Of a DNA stretch of 64,000 bases, positions 48,901 to 63,900 are shown in pieces. Source of the DNA: Takakia lepidozioides (lineage: Eukaryota; Plantae; Bryophyta); the NCBI GenBank assembly GCA_030704615.1, contig CM060732.1, positions 5,208,001-5,272,000 on the forward strand. The letters run 5' to 3'. Within the stretch, counting starts at the first letter, position 1, and every line of letters begins with the position of its first letter. Position numbers and translations under genes: made by a program. A model generated the notes under the pieces. That model was not told the DNA's origin, ran no database searches, and saw only the letters and a program-made list of their open reading frames with translations.

Positions 48901-51900
48901 TATCATTGCTTGTAGGGCTCAGAAGAATTTACTGGGACAAGTTTATAAGTGAAATAAACTCAAACCACCATGGTGGGTTAATGACAAGAGATCTGGTTGG
49001 CCCTTCACCGCTTGTACAAGCCGAAAGCTGTCACAAGTACAAGCGTGAAGACTACTAAGGGTGCAGTGGTAACTTCATCGGTTGACATTGTCAAAACCTT
49101 TGAAACCCACTACAGTATCCTTGGCAGAACTTCTAGGACTAACAGTGAGGGTCCTCTGTGAATGGAAGGACACAGTTGGTAAAACTGTCCTATGATTCAA
49201 ACAGCCCTGATGAATGGAGATATTTCAAAAGCCTACACGCTCCCATTAGTTCTTCTGAGATTGTGGAAGCAATTGAACATCTAAATGGATTATAAAGCAG
49301 GTGGTCCTGATGGCATAGTCAACGAGCTTATCAAGCACGGTGGCGATCCCATGATAGAGGCCCTAGTTCTCCTCTTTAACCTTATCTGGAAGACTGGAAG
49401 ACTGGAAGACTGATCCGCTGGCGACAGGGGGTCATTGTCAATCTATATAAGAAGGGTGACAGAGAAGACCGGGGGAACTATCGGGGCATCACGCCTCCTC
49501 AATGCTGTTGGCAAAGATATTTTGCAGAGTTATAAGTACTCGTCTCGAGGTGATCTGGAATCTAGAGGTTGTTTCACGAAGGCCAAGCTGGCTTTCGGCG
49601 AAACAGGGGCTGTGTGGACCATATCTTCACTCTAAGCCAGATTATCCAGGGAAGGAAAAAGAAGGGAAACCCACTTATGTTTTTTTCTTGGATGTCAAAA
49701 AGGCTTATGACACAGTGTGGAGAGATGGCCTATGGTTCCGCCTCTGGTCTTGTGGGATCAAGGGAACGATGTGGAGAGTTGTCCACAACTTGTATGCTCA
49801 CACCAAAAGCTGTGTCACTGTTAACGGAAGAAGTCCAAACTTCTTTGACTTAGACCAAGGTGTAGCTCAAGGATGTACTCTCTCCCCGCGACTCTTCAAT
49901 GTTTTCATCAATCAAACTCCTCGGAGGATGTGAAAGTGACAGCTTACGTGAAATAACTTAAACCACCATGTGGGTAATGACAAGAGATTCTGGTTGGGCC
50001 TTTCAACGTTTGTACAAGCTGAAAACTGTCAGCAGTACAGCACTGACGATTACTAAGGGTGCAGTGGTGACTTCAACGGTTGACATTGTCGAAACCTTTG
50101 AAACCCACTACAGCATCCTTGGCAGAATTTCTAGGTCTAACAGTGAGGGGTCCTCTGAAGAATTGAAGGGCACGTTGGGAAAAACTGTTCCTATGATTCA
50201 GACAGCCCTGATGATTGGAGTATATCTCAAAGCTTACAATGCTCCATTAGTTTTTTGAGATTGTGGAAGCATTCAGCATTTAAACGGATATAAAGCTGGT
50301 GGACCTGATGGACAGTTACGAGCTTATCAAGCACGGTGGCGATCCAATGATAGAGGCCCTTCTACTTCTCTTTAACCTTATCTGAAGGACTGAAATGATC
50401 CCCTTTCACTGGCGACAGGGGGACATTGTCATTCTATACAAGAAGAGAAGAACCGGGGAACACCAAGGCATCACGCTCCTCAATGTAGTTGGCAAGATAT
50501 TTTGCAGAGTTATAAGTACTCGTCTCGAGGTTGATCTGGAATCTAGAGGTTGTTTCCAGAAGGCCAAGCTGGCTTTTGGCGAAACAGGGACTGTGTGGAT
50601 AATCTTCACTCTAAGCCAGATTATCCAGGGAAGGAAAAAGAAGAAGGAAAACCACTTTGTATTTTCTTGGATGTCGAAAAGGCTATGACCACCGTGTGGA
50701 GATACGGTCTATGGCTCCGACTTTGGTCATGTGGGATCAAGGGAAAGACGTGGAGAGTTGTCCATAACTTGTATCCTCACACCAAAAGTTGTGTCTTTGT
50801 TAATGGACAGAAGTCTAACTTCTTTGACATAGACCAGGTGTAGCTCAAGGATGTCCCCTATCCCCTTATGCTCTTCAGTGTCTTCATCAATCAACCCTCG
50901 AGGATGTGGAAAGTGGAGGGATTTGGGTTAAGGGTGGTGATGCCACCATACCAGCCCTTATTTTTGCGGATGACTTCGCAGGCATAGGGGAGACTCCTTC
51001 CAATCTCCAGGATTGATTGCGCACAAGAGATATTTTTGACCTTTGGGGGCTAACGTCAGTGAAGTGCAGTGGTGCATCAACAACGAGTGAGGGAGGAGTT
51101 ATCTCAAGTGCAGTGGAAGTGGGGAAGCCAAGAGATGCCGGTCCTCCCTTCCTACACATTCCTCGGCGTCGAGTTTTCCTCCAACTGTAATTGGGATGCA
51201 CATATTCAGAAAGTTGTAGTTTGAAGCGCAAAGGGCTGGGTCTCACCAAATTTTTTCACTGCAGAGGGATCAACTCTGTGGTAAAAACAACCATGCTTTG
51301 TGGCGTTGTTAGACCTGCCTTGGAGTACGCATCTGCAATATGGGTTGATAACTCCAACCAGGCTAAGTCTCTAGAATCCATCAAGTGGGGGGTGCTTAAG
51401 GAGTGCATGTCAGCATGCTCCAAAACAGCCAATGTGGCTGTTCGGGTGAGTTTGGCATCCCTTTAAGCTCCGACGAGATGATTCATGGTCAGATGGTTGG
51501 GGTCAGCTGCAACATATGTCCAACATCAGATATCCTAAGTTAATTGTCTCTATATCTTGGAAGCAGGATCGCCCGGTCAAACAGGCTGAGTCCCTGCGAA
51601 AAGAGAGTAGAAGAGATTCTCAAGGATCTGTCCGTTAGGGCAAAAACCCCCTGAACTTGTTTCCAGTCTGTGACATGGGGGAGCACATCATGGATGACCT
51701 CAAGAGTCAGAGAGGCAAGGGAGAGTGCAATTGCCCTTGTGTGGGCAACCTGAAGACAATATTCATTTTCTGATTCATTGTCTGGGGTTCTCTCACCAGA
51801 GAGACGCTCTCTCCAAATCAAGGGAATTGGCCTGTACCTCGTTACAACTTTGAAAGTCTCGAGGCTGAGCCAAAAGCCCAGGCCCTTTTGGGGCCTAGTT

Positions 51901-54900
51901 ATTGGGCAAAGCACACACAGCAGGTTGATGCTTGTGTAAAGGGATTCTAGAGGATATCTGGAAAACCCGGATCAATTGTTTATTCCAAGGTAAGTCTTAC
52001 TACTGGCGTCAGCCCCTGACAAAGGTAGGTTCTGTCCCTTTGTGTTCTGCTCAAACTGGGCGCTGGGTCAATGGCCACAAGGCTACGGCAAACACCATCT
52101 TATGAGTACATTCTCTCTCTCTTTGTGCCCTTCTTTTCTTCAATAGTCAAGGGAAAGGAGCTCTGCAGGTTGTAAAAATCAAAGGCTACCAGGCAATCAT
52201 GTACCCACATTTTGGCAAGCCAAGAGAACTGAGGTCAGCAAACCTGGACAGTGGAGAAACAGATTTTGAGCCCACCAAGGGGCAGGGATGATATTTTACC
52301 TTACCTCTATATCTTGTCCCTCCTCTCTTCTCTCTCTGCACCCTCAAGATGGAATTAAGTAGTACTCTATGCACTCAGTACATGTTCGTCATTGTTCAAA
52401 AGAACTGTCAGCTGGTTCAGTACAATATTCTAGTCAAATTTTTTACTTTTTGAGGATTGAGTTGGAAACTGTTACTGCCTTGCTCCAACAGAGAACCCAG
52501 GGCAGAATAGTGTGTGCACTGCCACTTGCTGCGTCGTTCTCCAAAGGCTTCTGGCATCACGGTCCTGCTTTGAGGCTGTCAAGAGCATACCAGATATCTC
52601 TGCTGTTCTTTTTCAGGTACTCTCCATCCCCCTCTTTTTCACACGCCTGTCCCATAGGCTCTTTGGGCTTCAAGTGTGCATTTGTTGTATGAACATAATA
52701 AACTTGATTTGTCTTATCTCTCTCACAGTAGAAATGTTGCTCCAAAGTGAAAGAACTGAAGCGTGGGGCAAATGTACTTATTCAAGCATTTGGTCAACAA
52801 CTGAGACTGAAGGACCATTTAGAGGGCCCTCCCATGTCGCACACTAGGATGAATTTAAAGCGTAGAATAAGTTGGCCACCTCCTTACAGTAAGTTAGCTC
52901 GTAGGAGAAAGGCCACTCATTGAGAATAGGGAACATTTTCTGATGAATTGTAGTTGAAGTTAGCAGGAAAACTTCCCTGAACTTGTTTCCAGTCAGTGAC
53001 ATGGGGGAGGACATCTTGGATGACCTCAAGGGTCTACCCACTCTCGGCACTAGACTGAAATTTAAACTCAGGGCAGGAAGCCTACCTTTGAACAGCAAAA
53101 AGAAGCAGAGAGGAAGGGAGAGTGGCAATTGCCCGTATGGGGGCAATCTGAAGACAGTATTCATTTTAGATACACTGTCCGGGGTCTCTCACCAAAGAGA
53201 CGCTCTCTTCAACTCTATCAAGGGAATTGTGCCTGTACCCCTGTTTACCAATTTGAAAGTCTAGGCTGAGCCAAAAGCCCAGCCCTCCTGAGGCCTAGTT
53301 TTTGGGCAAATCCACACACAGCAGATTGATGCTTGTGTGAAGGGATTTCTAGAGGATATCTGGAAAACCCGGATTAATTCTTTATATGAAGGTAAGTCTT
53401 ACTACCAACGTCAGCCCCTTGACAGAGGTAGGTTCTGTTCCTTTTGTTCCCGCTCAAACTGGGCGCAGGGTCAATGGCCACAAGGCTACGGCAACAACGT
53501 CTTATGAGTACAATCTGATGAATTGTAGTGGGTATCAGCTCATCTCGAAACACATGCCATTGCCCAAACGCCGTTGGAAAGGAAAAATGTAGAAGGAATC
53601 TCTGTTGGAGCACATGACGATGAGGAAAAGGATCCTGAAATGGAACAGACCCCCAAAAATGGAAGAACCTCACTCTCTATGAGCAGCAATGGTGAATTGA
53701 ACCAACCAGGCACTGTAGATGAACTGGAACTTTTTGTGGGAACTGGGTCTGATAGGTCCAGAGGCCTGCTGTGGATATATATTTCTCTTTTTCTTCAATT
53801 TTCTCTCGTTTCCTATTGACGTGACATTGTCTTAAAGCGACTGGGTTCTTCCTGGAACAATTTTAATTAGATATTCTGCTCTTGTCTCTCTTCCTCCCTC
53901 TTCCCCCCTTTTGCAGCTGGATTTGTTACGGTCAAGTAGTAAGTCTCTTTAGGTGGGATTCTATCCAGGTGTCCAAAGTTACCATTTTCCCGCATTGTAA
54001 ATATGTATTTGTGAGCTCAATGAGTACAGTCTATTCATCATTTTGCGCTCTCTGCTCCTGGTTTTCTACCCAATCTGGCACCGGTGGTATGTGCTTGGTC
54101 ATAGGCTATTTGATATCCTCTAGCATGCTCTTCATTGCAAATGGTCTGCAGTGCCTTTGATCCAATATCAAGAGGCCTCACTATTTTCTGATGAAGAGTA
54201 CTACAGACTTGCTACAGAATTTCATGCTTTACTGTGAAGATTTTGAAGATGTATACTTCATTAATATCCTTTCCTTGAGTACAATAAAAATCAATTCTGG
54301 ATGCTATGTCTGGCTTCTATGCAGTGTATGCGCTCGGACAATAGTGTTCTTGCCTATCTTGCTACAGTTGTTGTGCGCTCAGCTATCAAGCTTCCTGTTG
54401 AACTGGGGTCCGCTGACATCGGCAGTGCTTCCAAGGTAGCTGCTAACGCACAATGCTTCCTGACTGCTATTTCCCAAGGAGGCATGTATGGAGCAATCAT
54501 GTGCTGACACTAATGGCCAAGTGGCATTCCTTCTTCATATCACATTCTTCCTTTTGACATGATCTCTCTCTCACTGCAAATTCAATGTTCACTGTTGCCT
54601 CTACTCACTCGGACCACTGCAGGGTCTGTCGTCTGTATGGTAGGCCTCTGTGGACATCCCTCATGTCCCCATGATGATTGGTATAACTAGTATGAGCAAT
54701 CTACTCTTTTGCTTCCATAATTCCACCTGGCAAGTCTGCAGACTCACTTAAGTATGTAAAGATCCGGAGCAGGCTTCTTTGCACCAGGGTTTTGATAGTC
54801 CTTGGCTGTGCTCAGAGATGGCGGGCCCCCACTTTACTGAATTTATTTTGAGTTAATCTTATGGTCTGACCACCCACCATGATATTGAGATTCTCTTTTG

Positions 54901-57900
54901 TTTTTTAATTTTCTCTTTTGGATGCAGTAAGCTAGAGAATTTGATTACACTCAATCTGGTGGCTTTTTGGAGATTTTGCAGCAAGAGTTTGCTAATAGGT
55001 TGACGATCCTTAGTGCTGATTATCTACAGCACCTCGTGGCCTTGCTCCACACACATTCTCTTCCCAAAACTGATGTCCTTCAGGTATTGTGTTCCGTCTC
55101 TCCCCAAGGTCATTTGCCTGTTCAGCTTTGTTTCTCCTGAGCTTAACGATAGTGGATCTTAGTGGAGCATTAACCTTCAGAAGGTTAAGAGTGAACACCT
55201 TGTGCACCCTGACTGTGTTGACTATTCTGCCACAGACTTTTCATGCGTTGATTGATGACTTTGTTGCAGCTGGTGGGCCTTGTGGACACATTCACTGTTG
55301 CTCTCACTTCTCTGCCAACAGACAACGAGGCAGGGCGTATGTGGCTCAGGGTAAACATGTCACAACTCTCTTCCCTATGCTTGAGGACTCCGATTTTTCT
55401 GCAGTATTCTTGCGAGGTAGGCTACACAGGTGTCCAACCATGTTTGCAGTTGCAGCTGTATCTGCTCTATCACCTGCCCCACCGTTTTGATTCCACATGG
55501 CCAGTGGAAAGACGGACCTCATGGGTTCAAGGAATCTTGCCATACATGAAGTGCAGTGATGAACTTCTGCATTGTGAGGATAGCTCAGGTTTTCTAAGGA
55601 CTTGCACGGGATTAGAGGGGATGGGGTTCTTTTTAAGGGGGATGGGGTTCAAAACTGGGAAGATACATGGGGCATTGTAAAACCTTTGATGAAGTCAAGA
55701 GTTGCTGAGTTGGCCTGAAGCCCGGTCACTGTGATTACAACTTCCACCAGGACTAAAATCCCACCTCTCTGTTGCTGTGGCCCCTCTCTCTGTTAGCCCA
55801 AGGCCCCAGGAAAAAGTATCTATCTAACATTATTAATGTGAACTGTTAATATTACTGTTCAACTTGTGAATGCCTTGCACTGACATCGGTTCGTGGGTGT
55901 TCACGGTAGGCTTATGAAGCCTCCATAATGGCAGCAACAGATGTGCTGTGTGCAATTTTTAGGTCAACCAGTGCAGTTGTTTTAAAAAGGTGCCTTATTT
56001 CAAACTTTAACCATCAATTTACGTTTTGATTCCTATGTGTGAAGAAACTATGTAATGTCCACTGGGGTGTTCAAGGGCCCGTGGGACAAAGTAGAGAGTG
56101 CACTGCCTTGTCAAGTGCAAGGTGATTGACAATGCATCAACAGCCACATCTGTCCCATCGATGTTGTTGATGTTGCATTGATTGGAGCAGTAGTCTGGAA
56201 TCAACATCGTCTTTTTGAGCAGGATGTCTATAACTACCCTCACAAATTTGTGTAGAACTGTAGAAACTAGAAACCCCATAACTGGCTCCAGGATGATTGG
56301 ATAACCTCCCGAAACCATAACCTCACATCAGAGCCAACATATTGCAGGGAGTACATGTCTCTCTCTCTTTGGCCCCCATGGACGTTTCTTTCTTTTCTTC
56401 TCCTACGAATGATTTGGTTTTACCCCACAGGAAAAGGCCTTCAATCCAGGATTGTTCTTCATGGAATTGCACTGTGGTAACACCTTGAATGAATTAAACA
56501 CATACTGGATAGGTTGTTGATTTGCTTAGAAGGTGGATGACTAGCTTGTGAGCATGTGACTTGTGTGTTTCCTAGGGTTGGCACAATGAATTACTGATAT
56601 ATTGGGTCTGTTGCTGGGGCAGCACTTCAGTGCTGTTGAAGGCACTTCTTACACAGATGTCTCCCCTTGTCACTGGCCATTTGCAAGTAAGGCACTGTAT
56701 TTGTTCAACACGCTGTCTTGTCTTAGCTAGTGCTTTGCATCTGGAGAGGTCACAGAGAACTCCATGCTTGGCCACAGTACACCTCCAAGTGAGAGGGAGA
56801 AAAAGAAATAGAAACTTATCATGTCCACAGAACGCAGCAGTATGTCTAGAGAAAACCAATGGAGTGTATCAGAAAACTCCAAGCTTTGCTTGGAGTCAGG
56901 GCCACAAGGGTCGATGGGACAGCAAAAGAAAGAAATGAAGAAAGTATCACATTCACTGGAAGCCTGAAGAGCTTCTGAAACCACAAGTATTTCCAAACAA
57001 TATATACTAGAAGAGAAACAGAGAAGACCAAAAAGTAGGATTTGTTTCAGAACGTCCTCAGAAAGCTGAAAATGCTTATGCAATGAAAAAGGGAAAATAT
57101 TACTCCATCCATCAGTAGGACAAGAAAGTTGATAGTCCATGAAAAGCTAAAGAGTCTATGGAGAACAAGAAAAATAGTTACGTGCTGTGAAGGCCCAAGG
57201 AATGATGGGACATGGTAGAACAAAACAGTAGGACCACTGAAATCAGGACATCTTAAACTGCAAATGTCGCCTGGAGATAGTGCCTCATCCAGGTTTCCTG
57301 CTCTGTACTTTTGGTTCATGGCTGAAACGAATGAAAGAGCTCGAGAGTATTCATCTTACAAATGTCTTGACAGATAGATTGTACTCATAAGACGTTGTTT
57401 GCCGTAGCCTTGTGGCCATTGACCCCGCGCCCAGTTTGAGCTGGAACTCTTGACAGATAGAGAGAACATAACAGATTCTTGAAAGGTTTTGTAATATCTT
57501 TGGATTGGGGTCTTGCTCTTTCCTCTTAATAAAAAGATAGTTACATTTTAGAGAGTTGGTTCATGATGACAGACTCAACTTCATCTTGAAGGGACTTGCT
57601 GGCGAACAGTTGTTGGTAGTGTCTGGAAGGTTCAAGTTGCTACTCAAACTATTTTAGACCCTTCCATGCCTTGTAATTGTTTCTGTTCTGTGATCTGGCT
57701 GCAGAGAGTGTGCTTGGGTCGGTGTGTGGTCTTATTGCATTTGAAGAATGCAATTTTCTCAAAGAAAGAAGATGCTCGCTTGTTAAGTGGTAACCTGGTC
57801 TACCTTTTGATGGAAGGCACTCGTGAAGCACGGAAGCTGCTGGAGGCTATACTTCCCAAGGTTAGTTTCTTGCTCTCAACATATCGTTTACAGTGGGGTT

Positions 57901-60900
57901 GATAAGGACTCTCCATCAACTTGAAAGCAATGGCCCAAGCCCTGAATGGATAAGCTCTGCGGTATAATTAATGCCTTGCATGCTCTTGTTTGATTAACAA
58001 ACTAGTGTTTGATTATGTGGGTCATATTTGTAGGATGTGAATGCCCACCGTGACATAATGAGACGTGTTGATTCTTGTACGGGTCTCTTGCTGATGGACT
58101 AAAGGGCTACTCCTTCCCTGAAAGTCTTAGTAGTTGGTCTTAGTAACCAGGTAGGTGAAGCTTCATTATGTATTTCACTTCAAAGAGATCAGACATAGGA
58201 AGGCTTATGCTGAATATACTCGGTATGACTTTTGTGTGCTCTAGGGTGTAATGCACTTGTATGCCAGCAAGGGAGCTGAACGGCCAAACTCTGACAAGGT
58301 ATGGAGACCATACACCTCCCTTTGCTAGTTTCTCACTTGTGTGGCTGGCTCACTACCCTTCCATCTTTGGCATTGTAACTTGCCATGGAAAACGTGGTTG
58401 CCCGTACATGACTGGCAGCAGTAGAGATCACATGTGCGATATACAGGAGCACTATTGGTTCTGGGCGGGTAACTTTACCCGTGCACAGCTGCACACTGTC
58501 GTCACCGAATGGTCAATGCAAGTAGTTCACCACTCACTGCTTATGAGGTGGAAAGGGCAGCCAATTAGCGGAGGTGAAAGCGAAGTTTGAAGAACTGGGC
58601 CTATCCACATTGGCAGCAAAGTAAGCTAGAAAAGCTGAGTAAGTTACATGTAGTGACCAAAGTGACAGTAAGAGCCCTCACGGGATCTATGTAGAGACAG
58701 ATAGAGAGATGTTACAGAGGGTTTATTTCCTACACACTCCCTTCTCAACCCGAAAATTCTGTCATTGGTAAGGGATTTCGTAGGCGATGATGGAATTACG
58801 GAAGGATTGTGCTGGACAGTATCAAATCTTTTGATGTCCATTGTTGGAAAAGTTGATGGTTATCTGGAAAACAATGAATGACTAGCTTTTCACAGCATGT
58901 CTTTTGATTTGCCTGAAAGTGGATTAATATCTTAGCAGCAGTGGGATGCCGTAAATGGATCTCTGAACTTGAGATATGTGGAATCTGGATAAGCATGTGA
59001 GTGGCTGGATGTTACTCATGGTGGTTAGAATGGAGGTGTGCAGGAGAGTTTTGGCTGCTTTCCTGCTTGGATGGAAACCCTGGAGGTCCTTAGGACTCAG
59101 ACTCTTGAGACGCCGGTCTTGGTGTGGAATGATGCCAAATGCTTAGAGCTCAAAAAGGTACAGGCGGATTTTACTCTTGGTATGCATATATGTCTTGAAG
59201 GCAATCGTTGCTGCTGACAAGACCTTGTGTTTACGTTGGGCAGTTTCTTCGGGATGAGGTGGAAGGTTTCTATGCATCAGCAGCCAATCGGGAGCTCTTT
59301 TACAACAGTGCTGATGTGCAGCTTGTTTATTCCACAGCCAGTGAGGGTGAAGGTCAGTCCTAGCCTTTTTGGTAGATTTGAAGTTTGTTCCGTTGATCAG
59401 ACTTTCTCTTTGGGGCTGGAAAGCATATTCTCCCAGATCATGATGTGAAGAATGGTACTAACTACTAACTGGGCTTTGTCAGAGACCAAAAATGTTAGAC
59501 ATTACAGATGTCTTTTCAATTTTTGGTGTGTTCCACCGGTCCGGAATCTATGGATCGTGGAGTCTAGTCTTGCAGCTTTCCCATGGTAAGGACGAAGGAC
59601 ACACTGCTTGGACGAGTTTCCACCTTCTGGAGTAGTTTTCTGTCAGCTAGAGTGGCAGTATCACTATTAAGTGAGACTGTACAGACAATGTTACAAACTC
59701 TTGGACTGTGAGCATTCCTAAAATTTTACCCTGCCCCTAAGTAATTATTAGATTGTGGTTGTCATATGCAGGAACAGTGATTGGTGGTGTTCACCTTGAA
59801 CTTCTGGTGGACCACATACCTCCTGCTGATGGACTGAACTACTCCTTTTGGAAGGTTTGTTCAGCAGACTCAAGTTGCTAGGGCTGAAGTTGGATAATTA
59901 TCACTGTTCACATTCCGGGCATGTGTGTATTTTGTAATGTTATTTTCCTTATACACTGGCCTGGGGTCAGAGTACTGCTTTTCTGATCCTCATAGTGGAA
60001 GACTTCAGTGAGAGATTGAGTTCCGCGGAATAGACAGTGGAATTTCCCACGGATCTCGTAATATAGAGAAAGAAAGAAATGGGAAAGAGAGAGGGGTCCT
60101 CTATAAGCAGCCCAAAAGCAACTATTGCTCAAGGGATTGTCCAAGAGCCAATGCCTCATGTAGGTATGCTGCCAAGCATTTCTGATGCTCGTAATGGAAG
60201 ACCTCCGTGGGACAATTGAATCTCCCACGGATCCACAGTAGAAAGGGCAGTGAAAGAAGAAATGTTCTTCACTTCCGATTGAAACAGAGGAAGAAACAGA
60301 CAAAGAGGGGGGGAGGAGGAGTGGGGTCTCAGTAGTATGTTGTCTTGTATCCAAAACTTTTGCATTTTGTTGTAGGTATAAACTGGTAAGTTAATGTCGT
60401 TTGCAAAACCTTAACCTTTCATAGATTAGTTTCGCACTTGGGATAGAATAAGCGAGCATTTCTTTACATTATTGATTGTACACTCTATGTAAAGGTGGGA
60501 CAGGAGTATTTTTGCTCTCGGCATAATCTATTTAATCACCTATTGTAACAGTAATTTTCTTCTACTTTTTATAACAAAACGTCCTGGATTGGTGTGTCTG
60601 TTGATGATCAACCAGCTCTGGGAGCCACTGTCCATTTTCCAATCTGTCTTCCAAGCCATGGTATTGGGTTTCACTCCGCTGTTTGGTCATAACAATTTAC
60701 CAGAAATTGATCTCCGGCTCGCTGCGCACGTTTTGGCCTGGATCTATGAACGACATGCAGAGGAGGTTGCCTTTTGTCTTGAAACATTGAATGTTATCGA
60801 GGTAGGTTCTCCCCCTGTTCTACAGATAGATGTCCCCTTTTGGCTGTTGGCTTGTCCATGTTTTGTACTGTACCAAGTTGCTTATTGAGTATGGTCCCTT

Positions 60901-63900
60901 TCTGGTGTGGCAGACAGCAGTTGGGATGTTGCGAGAAGTAGTGGAGAGTGAGCACCAGGTATTTGTGTTCAAGCTGGTGGTGTTCTTGCTTGCAACAATG
61001 GAGAATGGGGGACGTGACAATGTTCTCCGATTTATTCGTGCTGGCGGAGCAACTGTCTTGGTTCCGTTGGTGGTTCTTTCTTTGGCAAAGGTATACTTAA
61101 CATGAAGCACTGATATCATGCGTACCCGTGTGACAGTGACAGGTTTTTGGTTTGCAAAGATTTTTTTGTGTGTTTCCCCTTCCCTCAGAAAAACGAATAG
61201 AATAGTCTAAGAAAGAAATGAACTTTATAATGTGCACAGGGGACCCTGAGGGCCTATGGAAGAAAGTAGAACAACAAGAAAGAAGGCAGGAAGACAGACT
61301 GGGGGACACTTACAGAAAACAGACTGGTACCGTGATGAGCCATCCATATTAGAGCGTTCATGAGCTGAAAGCTGACAAAAGTTGTCATTATGTAATATGC
61401 AGTGCTGCAAGGACAAGCATGAATTTGAGTGTGATGCGTGGACGTCCAAGGATATTATGGCCAGGGGTGGGATGGAAACAGTGACAGTCATGGGGTATAA
61501 TGGAGATGTTAGACTGGTAAGGGTTCCCTCTGGAAGGGCTCGTGAAGTATTGGAGAGAGCAGTGCAAGATGGAAGCTTGGATGCCAAAGAAGCAATCAAG
61601 TGGCAAGATGAAAAAGTTCCTGACAGAATCCAGTTGGGATTAGGACTTGACTTGTTGGAAGCTCTTTTAAGGTATGTGGAACTGCCTCTGCTTGACTATG
61701 TATTAATCAAGCTCTGGTCGTCCATCTGAGTGTTATGAAGTCTTTATCTTCTTCCTCAGTGCAGTTGGTGCAGTAATTAAGTGTTTTAGCAACAGCCAGG
61801 CTTCCTTATATTGATTTTGGTAACTTTCGGCCCAGTGTTGTTGTTCGGTTGGTCCAAGGTACATTGTGGCATGGAACGTACCACTGCTCAGATGGAATCT
61901 AATGGGAACCTTCAATTCATCTCTTCAACATGGGGATGACAATGGGCAGGATATCGGGGAGTGACAGTAACACAGAGCACTACCCACCCTCAGCTGCATG
62001 TTTCAATCTGTCTAAGGAGGAGGTTTTCTGCCATTTGGTGCAAGCTCTTCTTCGTGCCAAAACACCTGTGTTTGGCAGGTAATTCTCTTGAGGGACCCGA
62101 CTGATGACACTTGCCTCATAACAGACCTTCCTAAATTGAGCACCAGGCTGAAGTTTAACCTATAGGGTAGTGTGTGCCTAAAGTGTATCAATCAAACTCT
62201 GCAAAAGGGAGCTTATGCTCCAGATTAATGGGCAGGAACCGGGATGCATACAACTTTGGACTGCTCACAATAATCATCAGTACTGAGAGCAATAAGTAAT
62301 TGTTCTTGTAAGCACTTGAAAGAATGTCAATGCACCTCTTTTTGTCAGTTTGACAGGGTTGGACAATTACTACTTCTGTGTCCATGATTTTGGGTTGGGC
62401 AGTAGCCAAATTTGTTATGGAGAACATACCGCTCACAACTCCCCGTGACTTCATACCCTTTCCTGCCCTGTCCAGAGCAAGGCTGGGGCCTTTGGCCACA
62501 AGACAAAACAGGCTAAGTCTAATACAGTATCCTCACCTGTTCGTCGAACTTAGCAACTAAAGTCAGAGGGTACACAGTGCCTGCGGTCTTTATTCGAGTA
62601 AATCTTTATGGAATGTCAAGATGCTTGGGTGGAAATTTTGGCGCCTCTCGATGGTAGAGCAGTTTAAATATACCTGGGCCTTCCTCATGAGGGTGTCTAT
62701 TTTTACTTACCTCCACATTTTTTCTACAATGCTTGTGGTGAATACATTCTGGAAATCATGTATGAAGTGTCTGTTTCTCTCAAAGAAGATCAGATGTAGA
62801 AGCCAAGTGATCAAAGGGTGGAGGTTTTCTATGCAGTTGGCTTAATATTGCTCTCTTGATTGGCAGGATCCTAGAGATTGTTGCATACTTAACAAAGGCA
62901 AACAGGATTGCCATGGCACACCTGTATAAACTTGGGGCATTTGAAATTCTTCTTTGGAAGCTTCTTTCTGGTGATGTTGTGGATTGGGATAAAACCATGG
63001 TTGCCAAGTTCCTTTCACAGTCCCACCTTCTGCAGGTCTCTTTCCCTCTCTTGCGCTCTCTTTCAATCTAAATTTTGGGGGTGTTTTTCTAATGTTATGG
63101 TTATGGGCTTAATGTTTACAAAGGGATATCCTACTAGTAGAGCTCCATCAAGTGGCAGCAGTGGTTCCACTTCTACTCTCATCCCTACAACCTTGCCACC
63201 TCCTCCCTCCCCTTCTCACTCCATTCAAATCAGGGAACAGGTTCTATAACAATAACTGCAGGCAAAGGTTAGTATTTAGCATGCTCTCTCCACCCATGCT
63301 CACCCAGCTGTCAAATTGCTTAAAGTAGCAACCACATTAGATCCTCTGTCTAGAGATTACAATGTTCTTTTTGCTGGCAGGATCCAGACTCAATGTCCAC
63401 GCGTCACCAGAGTGATCAGAGTGAGCAACATGCACCCTGGTGGGACAGTGCTCTCCATCTGTATTTACCTGAAGGGTTGATTATGAAGCTTATGTCTGAG
63501 GTATTTGCTGATGGCTATCCTTGGACTCAGTTCCGATTGCACATTCCTCTTTTCTAAAGGCTGAAGTGTGATCTGTGTGTGTCCTCCCCTAGTTTGGTTT
63601 CTCAAAAAAATATGCCAAATGCTCAGCAGATTGGTGGTAGATCGCAGTGTTATAGACTAATGCAACACATTCTGCATTTCACATATGTTGCCCTCTTTTC
63701 TAAGATTCTGTCAATTGTTTGAGCAGGGTCCGGAATCGTTTATGGGACTTTTAGATTCAGAGCAAGATGCACCTGAGGTGATATGGAACATGGAAATGCG
63801 ACAACGTTTACTGGATCATCTCAGCAGTGAGCTGGAGCCTTACGTGAAATTCCGTGCTACCGATCCCTTGGCCCTATATATTCACATTCCTAGGACTCCC

